NCBI GenBank assembly: GCA_949287225.1
Contig: CASEFP010000157.1
Coordinates: 175-64,174, forward strand
DNA from: an uncultured Lentisphaeria bacterium
GTDB lineage: Bacteria; Verrucomicrobiota; Lentisphaeria; Victivallales; UBA1829
Length of the DNA: 64,000 nt
Reading direction: 5' to 3'
This document shows positions 53,988 through 63,982 of this stretch, in pieces. The notes under the pieces were generated by a model. That model was given only the letters and a program-made list of their open reading frames with translations, did not search any database and had not been told where the DNA came from. Positions within the stretch are counted from its first letter, which is position 1, and each line of letters starts with the position of its first letter. Both the position numbers and the translations under genes were made by a program.

Positions 53988-56639
53988 TTATTTTCCATAA
54001 TATGCGTCGAGATACATCTGCTTGATCTCGGTGATCAGCGGATAGCGCGGGTTCGCCGTGGTGCACTGATCGTCGAACGCCTTTTCGCTGAGGGTGTCGA
54101 TCACGGCGAGGAACTCCTTCTCGGGCACGCCGGCCTCCTTGATGGACTTCGGAATGCCGACCTTCGCCTTCAGATCCTCAATCGCGGCGATCAGCTTCTC
54201 GACCTTCTCATCCGCGGTGGTTCCGCCGAGCTTGAGGTAGTCGGCGATCTGCGCATATCTCTCCTTCGCGTGCGGATGGTCATACTGCGGGAAGGTGCCC
54301 TGCTTGACCGGTTTCTCCGTCGCGTTGTAGCGGATCACGTAGCTGATGAGCAGCGCGTTCGCCAGTCCGTGCGGCACATGGAACTCGCCGCCGAGTTTGT
54401 GCGCCATGGAATGGCAGACGCCGAGGAAGGCATTTGCAAACGCCATGCCGGCCATCGCGGAGGCGTGGTGCATCTGCTCTCTTGCGCGGAGGTCGCGCGG
54501 TCCGTTGGAGTAGGCGATCGGCAGGTATTTGAAGACGAGGCGCGCGGCCTCGAGCGCGATACCGTCGGTGAACTCCGTGGCAAGCACCGAGACACGGGCC
54601 TCGAGCGCATGAACCAGCGCGTCGATGCCGGAATACGCGGTGAGGCGCGGCGGCATGTTCATCACGAGGCGCGTGTCGATGACCGCCATGCTCGGGGTCA
54701 GCTCATAATCCGCCAGCGGGTATTTGTTTCCGGTGGTCTCGTCGGTGATCACGGCGAACGGGGTCACTTCCGAACCGGTTCCGGAGGTGGTCGGAATGCA
54801 GACGAGTTCCGCCTTGGAGCCGAGTTTCGGGAATTTGAAGATACGCTTGCGGATATCCATGAAGCGCATCGCCATGTCCTCGAACTTGATTTCGGGATGC
54901 TCATACATCAGCCACATGATCTTCGCCGCGTCCATCGGGGAGCCGCCGCCGACGGCGATGATCAGGTCGGGCTTGAAGGTGTTCATGCGGTCCACGCCTT
55001 TTTTCGCGGTTCCGAGGGTCGGGTCGGGCAGGACTTCGGCAAAGATGTCCGCCTGAATGCCCAGCTCTTCCAGATACTGGAGCGGTTCCTTGAGGACGCC
55101 GCTGTTGAAGAGGAAGCCGTCGGTCACGATGAACGCGCGCTTCTTGCCCTCGAGTTCCGTGAAGGCTTCCTTCATGCAGCCGTATTTGAAGAAGATTTTC
55201 GGGGGCACTCTGAACCAAAGCATGTTTTCTCTCCGCTGTGCAATAGATTTGATGTTGAGCAGGTGTTTCGGGCCGACGTTTCCGCTGACGGAGTTTTCGC
55301 CCCAGGAGCCGCAGCCGAGCGTCAGGGAGGGCTCGAGCTTGAAGTTGAAAATGTCGCCGATCGCGCCCTGGCTGGAGGGCATGTTGACCAATGTGCGGCA
55401 GCTCTTCATCAGATGTCCGAACTTCTGAATGCGTTCGATGTTGGTTTTCTTGGTGTAAAGCACGCTGGTATGGCCGAGTCCGCCGAAGTTCAGCAGAGCG
55501 CGCGCATTTTCGAGCGCGGAATCAAAATCCTTCGCCTTGTAGAGCGCCAGAACCGGAGAGAGTTTTTCGCGGGAGAACGGATAATCCGGTCCGACTCCTT
55601 CGGTCTCGGCGATCAGCACCTTGGTGCGTTCGGGCACCTTGACGCCGGCCATTGCGGCGATCTTGCTTGCGGCCTGTCCGACAATCGCGGCATTGAGTCT
55701 GCCGTTGACAAAGATCGTCCTGCCGACCTTCTCGCATTCGTCGGGCTTGAGAACGTAGGCGCCGCGCTTGACGAATTCGGCCTTGACCTCCTCATAAACC
55801 TCTTCAACCACGGTGACGGACTGTTCCGAAGCGCAGATCATGCCGTTGTCGAAGGTCTTGCTCTGGAGGACCGAGCTGACCGCCAGCTCGATGTTGCAGG
55901 TTTCGTCCATGATGACCGGCGTATTGCCCGGTCCGACGCCCAGTGCGGGAATGCCGCTCGAGTAGGCCGCCTTCACCATGCCGGGGCCGCCGGTGGCGAG
56001 GATCACGTTGACGTCGGGGTGGCTCATCAGGCGCTGGCTGAGCGCCACGGTCGGCTCCTCGATCCAGCCGATGATGCCCTCGGGAGCGCCCGCCTTGACC
56101 GCCGCGTCCAGCACGAGCTTCGCCGCCGCGATCGTGCACTTCTTGGCGCGCGGATGCGGGCTGAAGATGATGCCGTTTCTTGTTTTAAGGGCGATCAGGG
56201 ATTTGAAAATCGCCGTCGAGGTCGGATTGGTGGTCGGAACGATGCCGGCGATCAGGCCGAGCGGTTCGGCGACCGTGTCCACGCCGAGCGCCTGGTCGTG
56301 CTCCAGGATGCCGCAGGTCTTCATGTCACGGTATTTGTGATAAATGTACTCGGAAGCGAAATGGTTCTTGATGACCTTGTCCTCAACCACGCCCATGCCG
56401 GTCTCCTCGACCGCCATCTTTGCAAGCTCGATCCGGGCGTTGTTCGCCGCGAGAGCGCCGGCGCGGAAAATCGCATCGACCTGTTCCTGCGTGAATTCCG
56501 CGAATTTACGCTGGGCTTCCTTCACGGTCTCGATGGTCTTGTCGAGCTCCGCAAGCTGCTGCGCTTCGAGTTCTTCCTTGGTCGGGGCCGGGGCCGGAAC
56601 CGGTTTTTCCGCTTTCACTGCTGCCTTGACTTTTCTCAT
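53988..56639 (-). CDS. adhE: Bifunctional acetaldehyde-CoA/alcohol dehydrogenase
   Basis: 883 aa: an N-terminal ALDH domain followed by a C-terminal iron-type ADH domain (GGGSPMDAAK, HSMAHKLGGEFHVPHG). The RBS is GAAGGGAG. Confidence 0.95.
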   Translation of the reverse strand: MRKVKAAVKAEKPVPAPAPTKEELEAQQLAELDKTIETVKEAQRKFAEFTQEQVDAIFRAGALAANNARIELAKMAVEETGMGVVEDKVIKNHFASEYIYHKYRDMKTCGILEHDQALGVDTVAEPLGLIAGIVPTTNPTSTAIFKSLIALKTRNGIIFSPHPRAKKCTIAAAKLVLDAAVKAGAPEGIIGWIEEPTVALSQRLMSHPDVNVILATGGPGMVKAAYSSGIPALGVGPGNTPVIMDETCNIELAVSSVLQSKTFDNGMICASEQSVTVVEEVYEEVKAEFVKRGAYVLKPDECEKVGRTIFVNGRLNAAIVGQAASKIAAMAGVKVPERTKVLIAETEGVGPDYPFSREKLSPVLALYKAKDFDSALENARALLNFGGLGHTSVLYTKKTNIERIQKFGHLMKSCRTLVNMPSSQGAIGDIFNFKLEPSLTLGCGSWGENSVSGNVGPKHLLNIKSIAQRRENMLWFRVPPKIFFKYGCMKEAFTELEGKKRAFIVTDGFLFNSGVLKEPLQYLEELGIQADIFAEVLPDPTLGTAKKGVDRMNTFKPDLIIAVGGGSPMDAAKIMWLMYEHPEIKFEDMAMRFMDIRKRIFKFPKLGSKAELVCIPTTSGTGSEVTPFAVITDETTGNKYPLADYELTPSMAVIDTRLVMNMPPRLTAYSGIDALVHALEARVSVLATEFTDGIALEAARLVFKYLPIAYSNGPRDLRAREQMHHASAMAGMAFANAFLGVCHSMAHKLGGEFHVPHGLANALLISYVIRYNATEKPVKQGTFPQYDHPHAKERYAQIADYLKLGGTTADEKVEKLIAAIEDLKAKVGIPKSIKEAGVPEKEFLAVIDTLSEKAFDDQCTTANPRYPLITEIKQMYLDAYYGK

Positions 56640-56761
56640 AAGTAAGCACTCCCTTCAATGTTTGAACCCTCTCTTTTCCGGACCTTCCGGAAGGGAAAGA
56701 GCTGTTTTTCTTTTTTTGTTCCGTTTAAAATACAGCCTTTCTGGATTTTTTCAAGACAGCA

Positions 56762-56779
56762 TTGTGATTTTTTTAACAA
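56762..56779 (-). promoter_or_regulatory. Rex-like operator candidate upstream of adhE
   Basis: The minus strand reads TTGTTAAAAAAATCACAA, compared with the Rex consensus TTGTGAA-N4-TTCACAA (2 mismatches in the arms). It lies ~125-140 nt upstream of the adhE ATG, just downstream of an AT-rich promoter-like stretch (TTGTTT-16-TAATAT, 56822..56795). Confidence 0.4.
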
Positions 56780-56926
56780 AAAACTGTTTTTATAATATTA
56801 TTATCTGTGAAATATTAAACAATACACTCAAATCATACCACCTTATACCAATACTGCCGCGGAAAGATACAGCGCAGGAAAGCGTTTCCGGAAAAATGCT
56901 TCATACAGAAAGAGTTGAAAAGAGCG

Positions 56927-57826
56927 TCACCCGAGAGAAACCAGAAGCAGTCCGGCGACAATCAGGATGATTCCCGTAATTTTCGGCGCGCTGTGCGGTT
57001 CCTTCAAAATCAGCACCCCGGCCAGAAAACCGATCGGCAGACTCATCTGGCGGAAGGCCTGAATATAACTGACGTTCGTCACGTATGCCATCGCAAGGAG
57101 AATCAGTCCGTAGGCGCAGGAGCTGCATACTCCCGCGAGCATCGGCTGGAACGAACGCAGAAACAATCCCTGGAATGCCTCGCGTTCCTCCCGGATCGAA
57201 ACGACAAAAAAGAGCTGCCCGACGGTCAGGCCGGATTCAATCATGAACAGGTAGGTCAGGAGATCAAAGACGCTGCTGCGCTGCACCGTCTGACGGATCA
57301 CGGCCAGCGCCTCGCTGTCCAGAATCGTGTAGCCGGTCGTCCCGATCGCGCCGAGAAGAATGAAGACGATCACCTTGCTCCGGTAGTTGGACAGGCGGAA
57401 GTCGCCGAACGCCTTCAGCGGCATCAGAATGCATCCGGCGGTAATGACCACCATCCCGAGAAGCGCAGCAGGCCCCGGCGTTTTCCCTAGCCCGAACAGA
57501 ATCGTAACGGCGGCAACCAGCAGAACCGGAATCGCCCGCACCAGCGGATACACCAGCGAAATGTCACTCTTTCTGTAGGCATACGCGAGTCCCGCGACAT
57601 ACAGGACTTCGGCGGCGACGCTCCCCAGGAAAAAAACAAAAAAATACGGCGGCAGTTCGGCAATCCGCAAATCCGATGTCAGAAAAAAAGGCAGCCAGAT
57701 CAGCGCGGCGGTTCCGGACATCAGCATGTAGAACGCCAGGAACGGCTTGGAACGCTTGGAAATGAAATTCCATGCCACGTGCAGAAACACCGAAGCAAAC
57801 ACCAGAACAAATGCAAAAAAAGTCAT
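56927..57826 (-). CDS. EamA/DMT-family transporter
   Basis: 299 aa with ~10 hydrophobic helices in two repeats, which is typical of DMT proteins. Confidence 0.75.
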   Translation of the reverse strand: MTFFAFVLVFASVFLHVAWNFISKRSKPFLAFYMLMSGTAALIWLPFFLTSDLRIAELPPYFFVFFLGSVAAEVLYVAGLAYAYRKSDISLVYPLVRAIPVLLVAAVTILFGLGKTPGPAALLGMVVITAGCILMPLKAFGDFRLSNYRSKVIVFILLGAIGTTGYTILDSEALAVIRQTVQRSSVFDLLTYLFMIESGLTVGQLFFVVSIREEREAFQGLFLRSFQPMLAGVCSSCAYGLILLAMAYVTNVSYIQAFRQMSLPIGFLAGVLILKEPHSAPKITGIILIVAGLLLVSLG

Positions 57827-57982
57827 GAAGCAGCCCCGTTTTCAGAAATTCCGTCCCCGCCCGGCAATGGAGTGCGGGAGAGAATTTTCCTCTTTTTCCT
57901 TATTTATGTCGATGAAAAATTACAAAACAGGGTTATTATAGAGGAAAAGAGAGGAAAATCAACCGATGAAAGAAAAATAAAA

Positions 57983-58004
57983 AATGTCGCTTTTTTACGA
58001 CATT
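57983..58004 (+). promoter_or_regulatory. Inverted repeat upstream of the TrmB-family gene (possible operator)
   Basis: AATGTCG-N8-CGACATT ends 22 nt upstream of ATG 58026. Confidence 0.3.
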
Positions 58005-58025
58005 ATTCTCTCAAAGGAGGCATGA

Positions 58026-58781
58026 ATGAATTTCATCGAACAGCTTGCGGAACTCGGCATGAACGGCAGACAGGCAAAAGTCTATCTTTCGCTGCTCCAG
58101 CTCGGTTCAGCGTCGGCGATCGAACTGGCGAAGCACACAGGATTCAAGCATCCGACAGTCTACGACGTGCTCGATGTGCTGAAAGCAAGGCATCTGGTCT
58201 CGGAGAGTTTTTCGGGCGGACGCAAACGGTTCTGCGCGGAAGACCCCGCCAACCTTCTCGAAATCGAAAAGCGCCGCAGAACGGCGCTCGACGCCGCCCT
58301 CCCCGGACTGCGGGAGCTCTTTCTCGGCGGCACGCGGCGGCCCCGCATCCATTTTTACAGCGGACCGGAGGCACAGTATGAGGTCGACGAGGGACTGCTC
58401 AACGTCAAGTCCGGCGAATATTTCTATTTCGGTTCGGTGAAGGAGATGTTTGAACGGAACACGGAGCAGTATCTGGCGGAATTCTACCGCCGGAGGATCG
58501 CGCGCGGCATCTGGTCCAACGCGATCCGGAACCCGTCCAAAGAGATCCCGCTGGACTATATGCAGCCAGGCGAGGCAAATCTGCGGCGTGTCCGCTACCT
58601 GCCCGACCCGATCAGTGAAGACATCGCCGGCCTTTACATCTACGACGAAAAAATCGCCGTCATTTCAGCGGTCAAGGAAAACTACGCGGTCATCATCGAG
58701 AGTCACGATCTCTTCGTGCTCGTCAAAACGATCTGGCACTATCTCTGGAACATCGCCGTCGAACCGGAAAACATGAAATAG
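58026..58781 (+). CDS. TrmB-family transcriptional regulator
   Basis: N-terminal winged helix: LGMNGRQAKVYLSLLQLGSASAIELAKHTGFKHPTVYDVLDVLKARHLV. The RBS is AAAGGAGG. Confidence 0.8.
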   Translation: MNFIEQLAELGMNGRQAKVYLSLLQLGSASAIELAKHTGFKHPTVYDVLDVLKARHLVSESFSGGRKRFCAEDPANLLEIEKRRRTALDAALPGLRELFLGGTRRPRIHFYSGPEAQYEVDEGLLNVKSGEYFYFGSVKEMFERNTEQYLAEFYRRRIARGIWSNAIRNPSKEIPLDYMQPGEANLRRVRYLPDPISEDIAGLYIYDEKIAVISAVKENYAVIIESHDLFVLVKTIWHYLWNIAVEPENMK

Positions 58782-58937
58782 AGTTCCGGATGTCATGTTC
58801 GAACAGCACACCCTGCCGGGAAAGCATCGCATCTGCGGCTTTGAAACCGCGTTTCAGAATGAATTTCCCACCGTTCCCCTGTGGCGAAGCGGAGGGGAAA
58901 CGGGGAAAATTGGCAGGATGGGGTGGAATGTCAGAAC

Positions 58938-59522
58938 CTATTTTTCGACTGCAATCACTTCATTGAGCCAGTTTTTCAGAGCGGAGCCTGCACTCCGGAC
59001 ACTCTTCCCGGCAAATGCGCCGCCCTTTCCGAACTTCGCCTTCGGGCAGACTTTGCGGATATCCTTTTCACAGTTCGCCATGCCGCCGCTGCCGTGCGTC
59101 ACGAACGGGATCACGGTTTTTCCGCTGAAATCATAAGAGGCAAGAAAACTCCTGACGGGCGGCGCCATCGTGCTGCACCAGTTCGGCGTGCCGACGAAAA
59201 CGACCTCATATTTCGTCATGTCGCTGACTTTGGAAGCAAGCGCGGGCTTGAAACCGGCGGGACACTCCTTCCGCGCCAGATCGACACATGCCTTGTAATC
59301 CTTCGGATACGCCTTTACGGGTTTGATCTCAAAGAGCGTCCCTCCGGTAGCCTTCTGAATCTGTTCCGCAGCAAAGCGGGTGTTTCCGCTCCACGAATAA
59401 TACGCGATCAGGATTTTTCCCGGCCGGGCCGAAACACGCGGCACCGTCGGTTCCGCCGCGAAAGTTCCGAACAGGGAAACCGCCGCACAGGCCATCATGC
59501 ATACAATTTTCTTTCCGCTCAT
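58938..59522 (-). CDS. Flavodoxin-family protein with N-terminal signal/anchor
   Basis: Start refined to ATG 59522 (RBS GGGAGGAA). Motifs: ILIAYYSWSGNTRFAAEQI...VFVGTPNWCSTMAPPV...PFVTHGSGG. Confidence 0.75.
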   Translation of the reverse strand: MSGKKIVCMMACAAVSLFGTFAAEPTVPRVSARPGKILIAYYSWSGNTRFAAEQIQKATGGTLFEIKPVKAYPKDYKACVDLARKECPAGFKPALASKVSDMTKYEVVFVGTPNWCSTMAPPVRSFLASYDFSGKTVIPFVTHGSGGMANCEKDIRKVCPKAKFGKGGAFAGKSVRSAGSALKNWLNEVIAVEK

Positions 59523-59671
59523 TTTTTCCTCCCGTTGAAGGTGTTTGTATTCTGCCCGGTTCGCAATGCACGACACCCGGAACTCCTATCGGGAAACAAT
59601 GTAATGCGTTTTTTCAAAATAGCAAACGGGCATTTGCCGTCCCGCCGAATCCGGAACGGCAAAAGACACCC

Positions 59672-60766
59672 TCACTTCTTCAGATGCTGCCGGAAGAACT
59701 GTTCGATTTTATCAAAGGGAATCGCATTTTTTCCACCGCCGTCGTAGAGATCGGTATGGGAAGCGCCGGGAACGATCATCAGCTCCTTGTTGGCGCGGTA
59801 ACCGGTATAGGAGGTCATATCGCGGTAAGCATCCTCGCTGAAATAGCGCGAATGGGCTTTTTCCCCATGGATCAGCAAAACGGCGGAGCGGATTTCCTTC
59901 GTATAGGCGAGAATCGGCTGATTCAGGAACGACATGGTTCCGGTGACGGTCCAGCCGTCGTTGGAGTTCCCGGAGCGTTTGTGATAGCCACGCTGCGTTT
60001 TGTAGTAGTCGTAATAGTCTTTGACAAATTGCGGCGCATCGGCGGGAAGCGGCTCGATCACGCCGCCGGCCTGTTCATAAAAGCCCTGCGCGTATTCCTT
60101 CGTACGCTGTGCGTTGAGCTTTTGCCGCATTTCGTGACGGGCCTTTTCGCTGTTGTCCGCGTCGAAGTAGCCGTTCGCGGTGACGCGGCTCATGTTGTAC
60201 ATCGTAATGCCGACGGTGGCCTTGATCCGGGTGTCGAGCGCGGCGGCGTTCAGGGCGAATCCGCCCCAGCCGCAGATGCCGAGAATGCCGATCCGCTCCG
60301 GATCGACGTTTTTCTGTGTGGAAAGGAAATCGACCGCCGCCTGAAAATCCTCGGTGCTGATGTCGGGCGAGGCGATCCTGCGGGGCGTTCCGCCGCTTTC
60401 GCCGGTGAACGAAGGATCAAACGCGATCGTGAGAAATCCGCGTTCGGCGAGCGTCTGCGCGTAGAGGCCGCTGCACTGCTCCTTGACCGCGCCGAACGGG
60501 CCGCTCACGGCGACTGCCGCGAATCTGCCGTCTGCTTTCAGGGGCTCGTAAAGATCCGCGGCAAGCGTAATGCCGTAACGGTTCACGAACGTCACCTTCC
60601 GGTGTTTCACCTGATCGCTTTTCGGAAATGTCTTGTCCCACGCCTGTTCGAGTTTCAGGTCCTGTCCGATGATTTTGTTGTCCATGACTTTTGTCCTTTG
60701 CTTTTGTGCGTGAAGAGGGAGGGCGGACAAAGCCGCCGCAACAATCAACCATAACACGTGCCGCAT
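59672..60766 (-). CDS. Secreted alpha/beta hydrolase (dienelactone-hydrolase-like, Cys in the nucleophile elbow)
   Basis: Start refined to ATG 60766 (MRHVLWLIVAAALSALPLHAQ, RBS GGAGGAA). The nucleophile elbow reads GILGICGWGG, i.e. G-x-C-x-G. Confidence 0.65.
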   Translation of the reverse strand: MRHVLWLIVAAALSALPLHAQKQRTKVMDNKIIGQDLKLEQAWDKTFPKSDQVKHRKVTFVNRYGITLAADLYEPLKADGRFAAVAVSGPFGAVKEQCSGLYAQTLAERGFLTIAFDPSFTGESGGTPRRIASPDISTEDFQAAVDFLSTQKNVDPERIGILGICGWGGFALNAAALDTRIKATVGITMYNMSRVTANGYFDADNSEKARHEMRQKLNAQRTKEYAQGFYEQAGGVIEPLPADAPQFVKDYYDYYKTQRGYHKRSGNSNDGWTVTGTMSFLNQPILAYTKEIRSAVLLIHGEKAHSRYFSEDAYRDMTSYTGYRANKELMIVPGASHTDLYDGGGKNAIPFDKIEQFFRQHLKK

Positions 60767-60909
60767 TTGTGGTTCCTCCGCCTGTTTCGTTTCCGTTTTC
60801 CGGGAAATTTCCCGACGACGCAAAACAATTTAACTGCGGAAAGGAAAAAGGCAAATACTTCTTTTCTATACTTTCCCATGCCTGCCGGGCATGAATAAGC
60901 GTGCACGGA

Positions 60910-62154
60910 TCATGAGGCAGGTGTTTCCCCGTGTTCCCGAAGCCACTGCACGGGATCCGCAAGGGTTGCGTCATAGTTCCGGAGCGCCTGAAACACCTGT
61001 TCGCAGGAGATGTTCATCCATTCCGGCCGGGAGCAGGTCAGGCGGACTTTGTTCATGCAGTATTTCGTGTCATCCGAGTAGCAGGGACATGAGGAATGCA
61101 GTATGGTGACATTGCGCCCGAGCGGAGCGGAAAAGCGCGGACCGGTTTGACAGAAAAGCACGACGCAGGGGGTTCCGAACGCCGCCGCCGGATGAAGCGG
61201 GCCGGAATCGTTCCCGACGCAGAAAGCGCAATGCTGCATCAGAGAAACAGTCTCATCAAAATTGTCAGTCAGGATGGAGACATTCGGCATGTGGTCCGCA
61301 ACCAGTTCGCAGAGCCCCTTTTCTTCCAGGCTTCCGGCAACGAAAACACGGAAGGCGTTGTCGGCAAGATAGCGTGCCAGTGTGCGGTAACGTTCCGGTT
61401 TCCAGCACTTTGCCTTCCATCCCGCGCCAGGGAAGATCAGGGCAGTTTTTGCATCGGAAGGAATACCGAGGCGATTGAAAATCTCTTCTCTGGAAAATTT
61501 CGGAACAACCGGGAGAATATCCGCGGGCGGAACATCGGAAATTCCCTCTCCCGTGACATAAGGGCGGATAATTGCCCTTGGACGACAGATCAGATGAGCC
61601 CGGGACAGTGGTTTCAAATCAACAAGAAAAGAAAAAAGCACGGTAAAATGTCCCGCGATGGACGCGCCGACGCTGTATGCGCCGATCCTGCGGCAGAAAA
61701 GAGCCGTATAGCGATTGCTCATCAGATCAAAAACAAGATCGGGATTCACCGTGCGCCGGATGTTGTCCGCCTCAGCGAGAATCGCGCGGATGGACACCTT
61801 TTCCCTTTGCCTGTCGCTGACCAGAACGCTTGTGATATGAAGGAACTCATCAGGAACCAGAGAATGAAAAAGAGTCCTGGAGAATGATCGTCCCATCAGA
61901 TGAAGTTCCGCATCCGGAAACATGGTCCGCAGCCATGGAATCATCTGGAGCATCCAGAAGGTGTCGCCGAGATATGCAGCGGCGACAAGGAGAATTCGCT
62001 TCGGTCTGGACGGCTCTTTTCCGCGACGGGGAAATCCCAGCAGATACAAGGGCAGATCACAAAAAAATCTGAGACAGCGCGAGGAAAAGGAATCCAGAGG
62101 ATTCACATGGTTTCTGCGCAACGCGAGATCGGCTTTTCCGGAAGTCTGAAACAT
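60910..62154 (-). CDS. Glycosyltransferase family 9 (heptosyltransferase-like)
   Basis: Start refined to ATG 62154 (RBS AAGGAAG, 16 nt after the upstream stop). Motifs: RILLVAAAYLGDTFWMLQMIPWL and GNDSGPLHPAAAFGTPCVVLF. Confidence 0.8.
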   Translation of the reverse strand: MFQTSGKADLALRRNHVNPLDSFSSRCLRFFCDLPLYLLGFPRRGKEPSRPKRILLVAAAYLGDTFWMLQMIPWLRTMFPDAELHLMGRSFSRTLFHSLVPDEFLHITSVLVSDRQREKVSIRAILAEADNIRRTVNPDLVFDLMSNRYTALFCRRIGAYSVGASIAGHFTVLFSFLVDLKPLSRAHLICRPRAIIRPYVTGEGISDVPPADILPVVPKFSREEIFNRLGIPSDAKTALIFPGAGWKAKCWKPERYRTLARYLADNAFRVFVAGSLEEKGLCELVADHMPNVSILTDNFDETVSLMQHCAFCVGNDSGPLHPAAAFGTPCVVLFCQTGPRFSAPLGRNVTILHSSCPCYSDDTKYCMNKVRLTCSRPEWMNISCEQVFQALRNYDATLADPVQWLREHGETPAS

Positions 62155-62170
62155 GGTTTTTTCTTCCTTG

Positions 62171-63982
62171 TCAGTCCCAGCGCACTTTTCTGCCGTCCGG
62201 AAATGTAACATATCCCCCGGGACCACCCTCCTCCTCGGGGATCCACCACGGACGCATATCATAAAACGGATCTTTCCGGATCGCCTCCAGCATCCGCGGA
62301 TTGATCTCACGCAGCTTCAGCCGTTCGTTCAGCGCCGCCTCCAGGGAAGGGAGAAGGTCATTACGTCCCATCAGTTTGGCAACGGTAATCATTCGGAGAT
62401 AAGGCCGGACGGTTAAGGGATAGTTTTCGCTGTCGATGCGATAGGACTCGTAGGCTTCCGGAAGACGGCCGAGCCGTGCGAAAGCCGTGCCCCGTAAGAA
62501 ATGGATGTGCCCGTAATTCGGAATATGGGAACCAAGCATGATATTGCTTACCTTCAAAACAACGTCCGGAGCATTCAGGTTTTCCGCCAGAACCATAAGC
62601 GCATAGTTCTGTTTATATTCATCCGGTGCAAACGCACTGATGCGCTGGATGAGCATCAGACGTTCCGCGCGGGACATCGAAGCGCTCATCAGGCGCCATG
62701 TCATCCAGGAGGAATAGATCGGCTTTGCGACAGAAAAACATGCGAAAAAAAGCACCAGAAGCCCTGAAAGGCGCAAGAGCATGGAAACCGGCTTCCGAGG
62801 CAGCGCAACGGAAACATTTCCCTTCCGGAACGCCTCATGCCAGAAAAGTCCCAGCATCATCAGCATGATCAGGTAGGTCGGGAAAAAATAAAAAATCATG
62901 TCCAGTTGGGAATGAAGCACGCAACAGAGAAATACAAACAGACAGATTTTTATTTCCAGATCGACCTTTTCCCCGCGCCAGATCCGGAGCAGCAGCAGAA
63001 TCACCGGGACATAAAGCAGGAAAATCCAGGCAAGATAGGCAAAAATCCCGAAAGAGGAAAGCATGAACAATTCCTGATTGTGCGGGTGGTTGATGCGGTC
63101 CGTTGCATAACGCGCGAAAAAATACTCCGGCGGCTTATACTTGACAAAGGCATTTTCAAAAGAGACGCCGCCGACACCGAGCAGCGGAAAATCACCAATC
63201 ATCCGCACCGTACCCATATAAAAATACGGCCGGTCCTCATTCGCCGCAAGAGAACTGAAGCGGTCAAGGCCGTAACGAAGAAAAAGCAGCGTTCCGCAAA
63301 TCAAACAGAAAAGACAGACATAAAACAGAATCCGGCGGCCGCGATTGGGAAGATGCAGAAAGAGGAAAAGCAGGGAAACACAGAACAATCCCAGAAACGC
63401 CCCGCGCGAACTGCAGTTGAGAAAGATCAGAATGCCGCATACAGCAACAGGAGAAAGCAGCAGCACGGATATTCGCCGGGAGAATTTCTTCCCCTCATGC
63501 AAAAAACGGTATCCGTAATAAAGCAGAAACGGCACACAGAGAAGCTGAAGCGCCGCAGTGAAGTTGATGTTTCCCGTAATTCCCCAGATCCCGCGGTCAC
63601 GGGAAAGAAGAACACAGAAGATCATCTGCCAGACACTGAACAGAGCCAGAAATGGAAAGAGCGTCTTTCGAAATACGGAATAAAATACAAAAACACAGAA
63701 GGGGACGGAAATCCACACCAGACATTCCGCAAGATGGATCAAACGATACTCAGGATGCTGAAAATACTGGATCAAAGCAATCAATGTAAAAAGACCAAGC
63801 GCCAGACAGGCACAAGGATTCATTCCCCGAACAGTGGGAATGAAAGAATCCGGCTTCAAAAAAACGAAAGCGATTGCCAGAAGACTGAATACTCCGGCGG
63901 GGAAAAAAGCCATATACGATGGCGTGGAAGGCATAAAAAACAAGGTGGGATTATAAAACAGAATACAAAAGAAAAAAAGCAA
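62171..63982 (-). CDS. O-antigen ligase/polymerase-like (Wzy_C-type) membrane protein with C-terminal TPR-like region
   Basis: 603 aa with ≥10 TM helices. An SRGAFLGLFCVSLL-type loop region is present, and the C-terminus is soluble and TPR-like (FLRGTAFARLGRLPEAYESY). The exact start is uncertain. Confidence 0.7.
   Translation of the reverse strand: MLFFFCILFYNPTLFFMPSTPSYMAFFPAGVFSLLAIAFVFLKPDSFIPTVRGMNPCACLALGLFTLIALIQYFQHPEYRLIHLAECLVWISVPFCVFVFYSVFRKTLFPFLALFSVWQMIFCVLLSRDRGIWGITGNINFTAALQLLCVPFLLYYGYRFLHEGKKFSRRISVLLLSPVAVCGILIFLNCSSRGAFLGLFCVSLLFLFLHLPNRGRRILFYVCLFCLICGTLLFLRYGLDRFSSLAANEDRPYFYMGTVRMIGDFPLLGVGGVSFENAFVKYKPPEYFFARYATDRINHPHNQELFMLSSFGIFAYLAWIFLLYVPVILLLLRIWRGEKVDLEIKICLFVFLCCVLHSQLDMIFYFFPTYLIMLMMLGLFWHEAFRKGNVSVALPRKPVSMLLRLSGLLVLFFACFSVAKPIYSSWMTWRLMSASMSRAERLMLIQRISAFAPDEYKQNYALMVLAENLNAPDVVLKVSNIMLGSHIPNYGHIHFLRGTAFARLGRLPEAYESYRIDSENYPLTVRPYLRMITVAKLMGRNDLLPSLEAALNERLKLREINPRMLEAIRKDPFYDMRPWWIPEEEGGPGGYVTFPDGRKVRWD

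Noticed and set aside
56640-56700. Plus-strand hairpin followed by a T-rich run (CTGTTTTTCTTTTTTT), resembling a terminator.
   Set aside because: No plus-strand gene ends upstream of it. On the relevant (minus) strand it is simply a stem in the adhE 5' UTR preceded by an A-rich tract.
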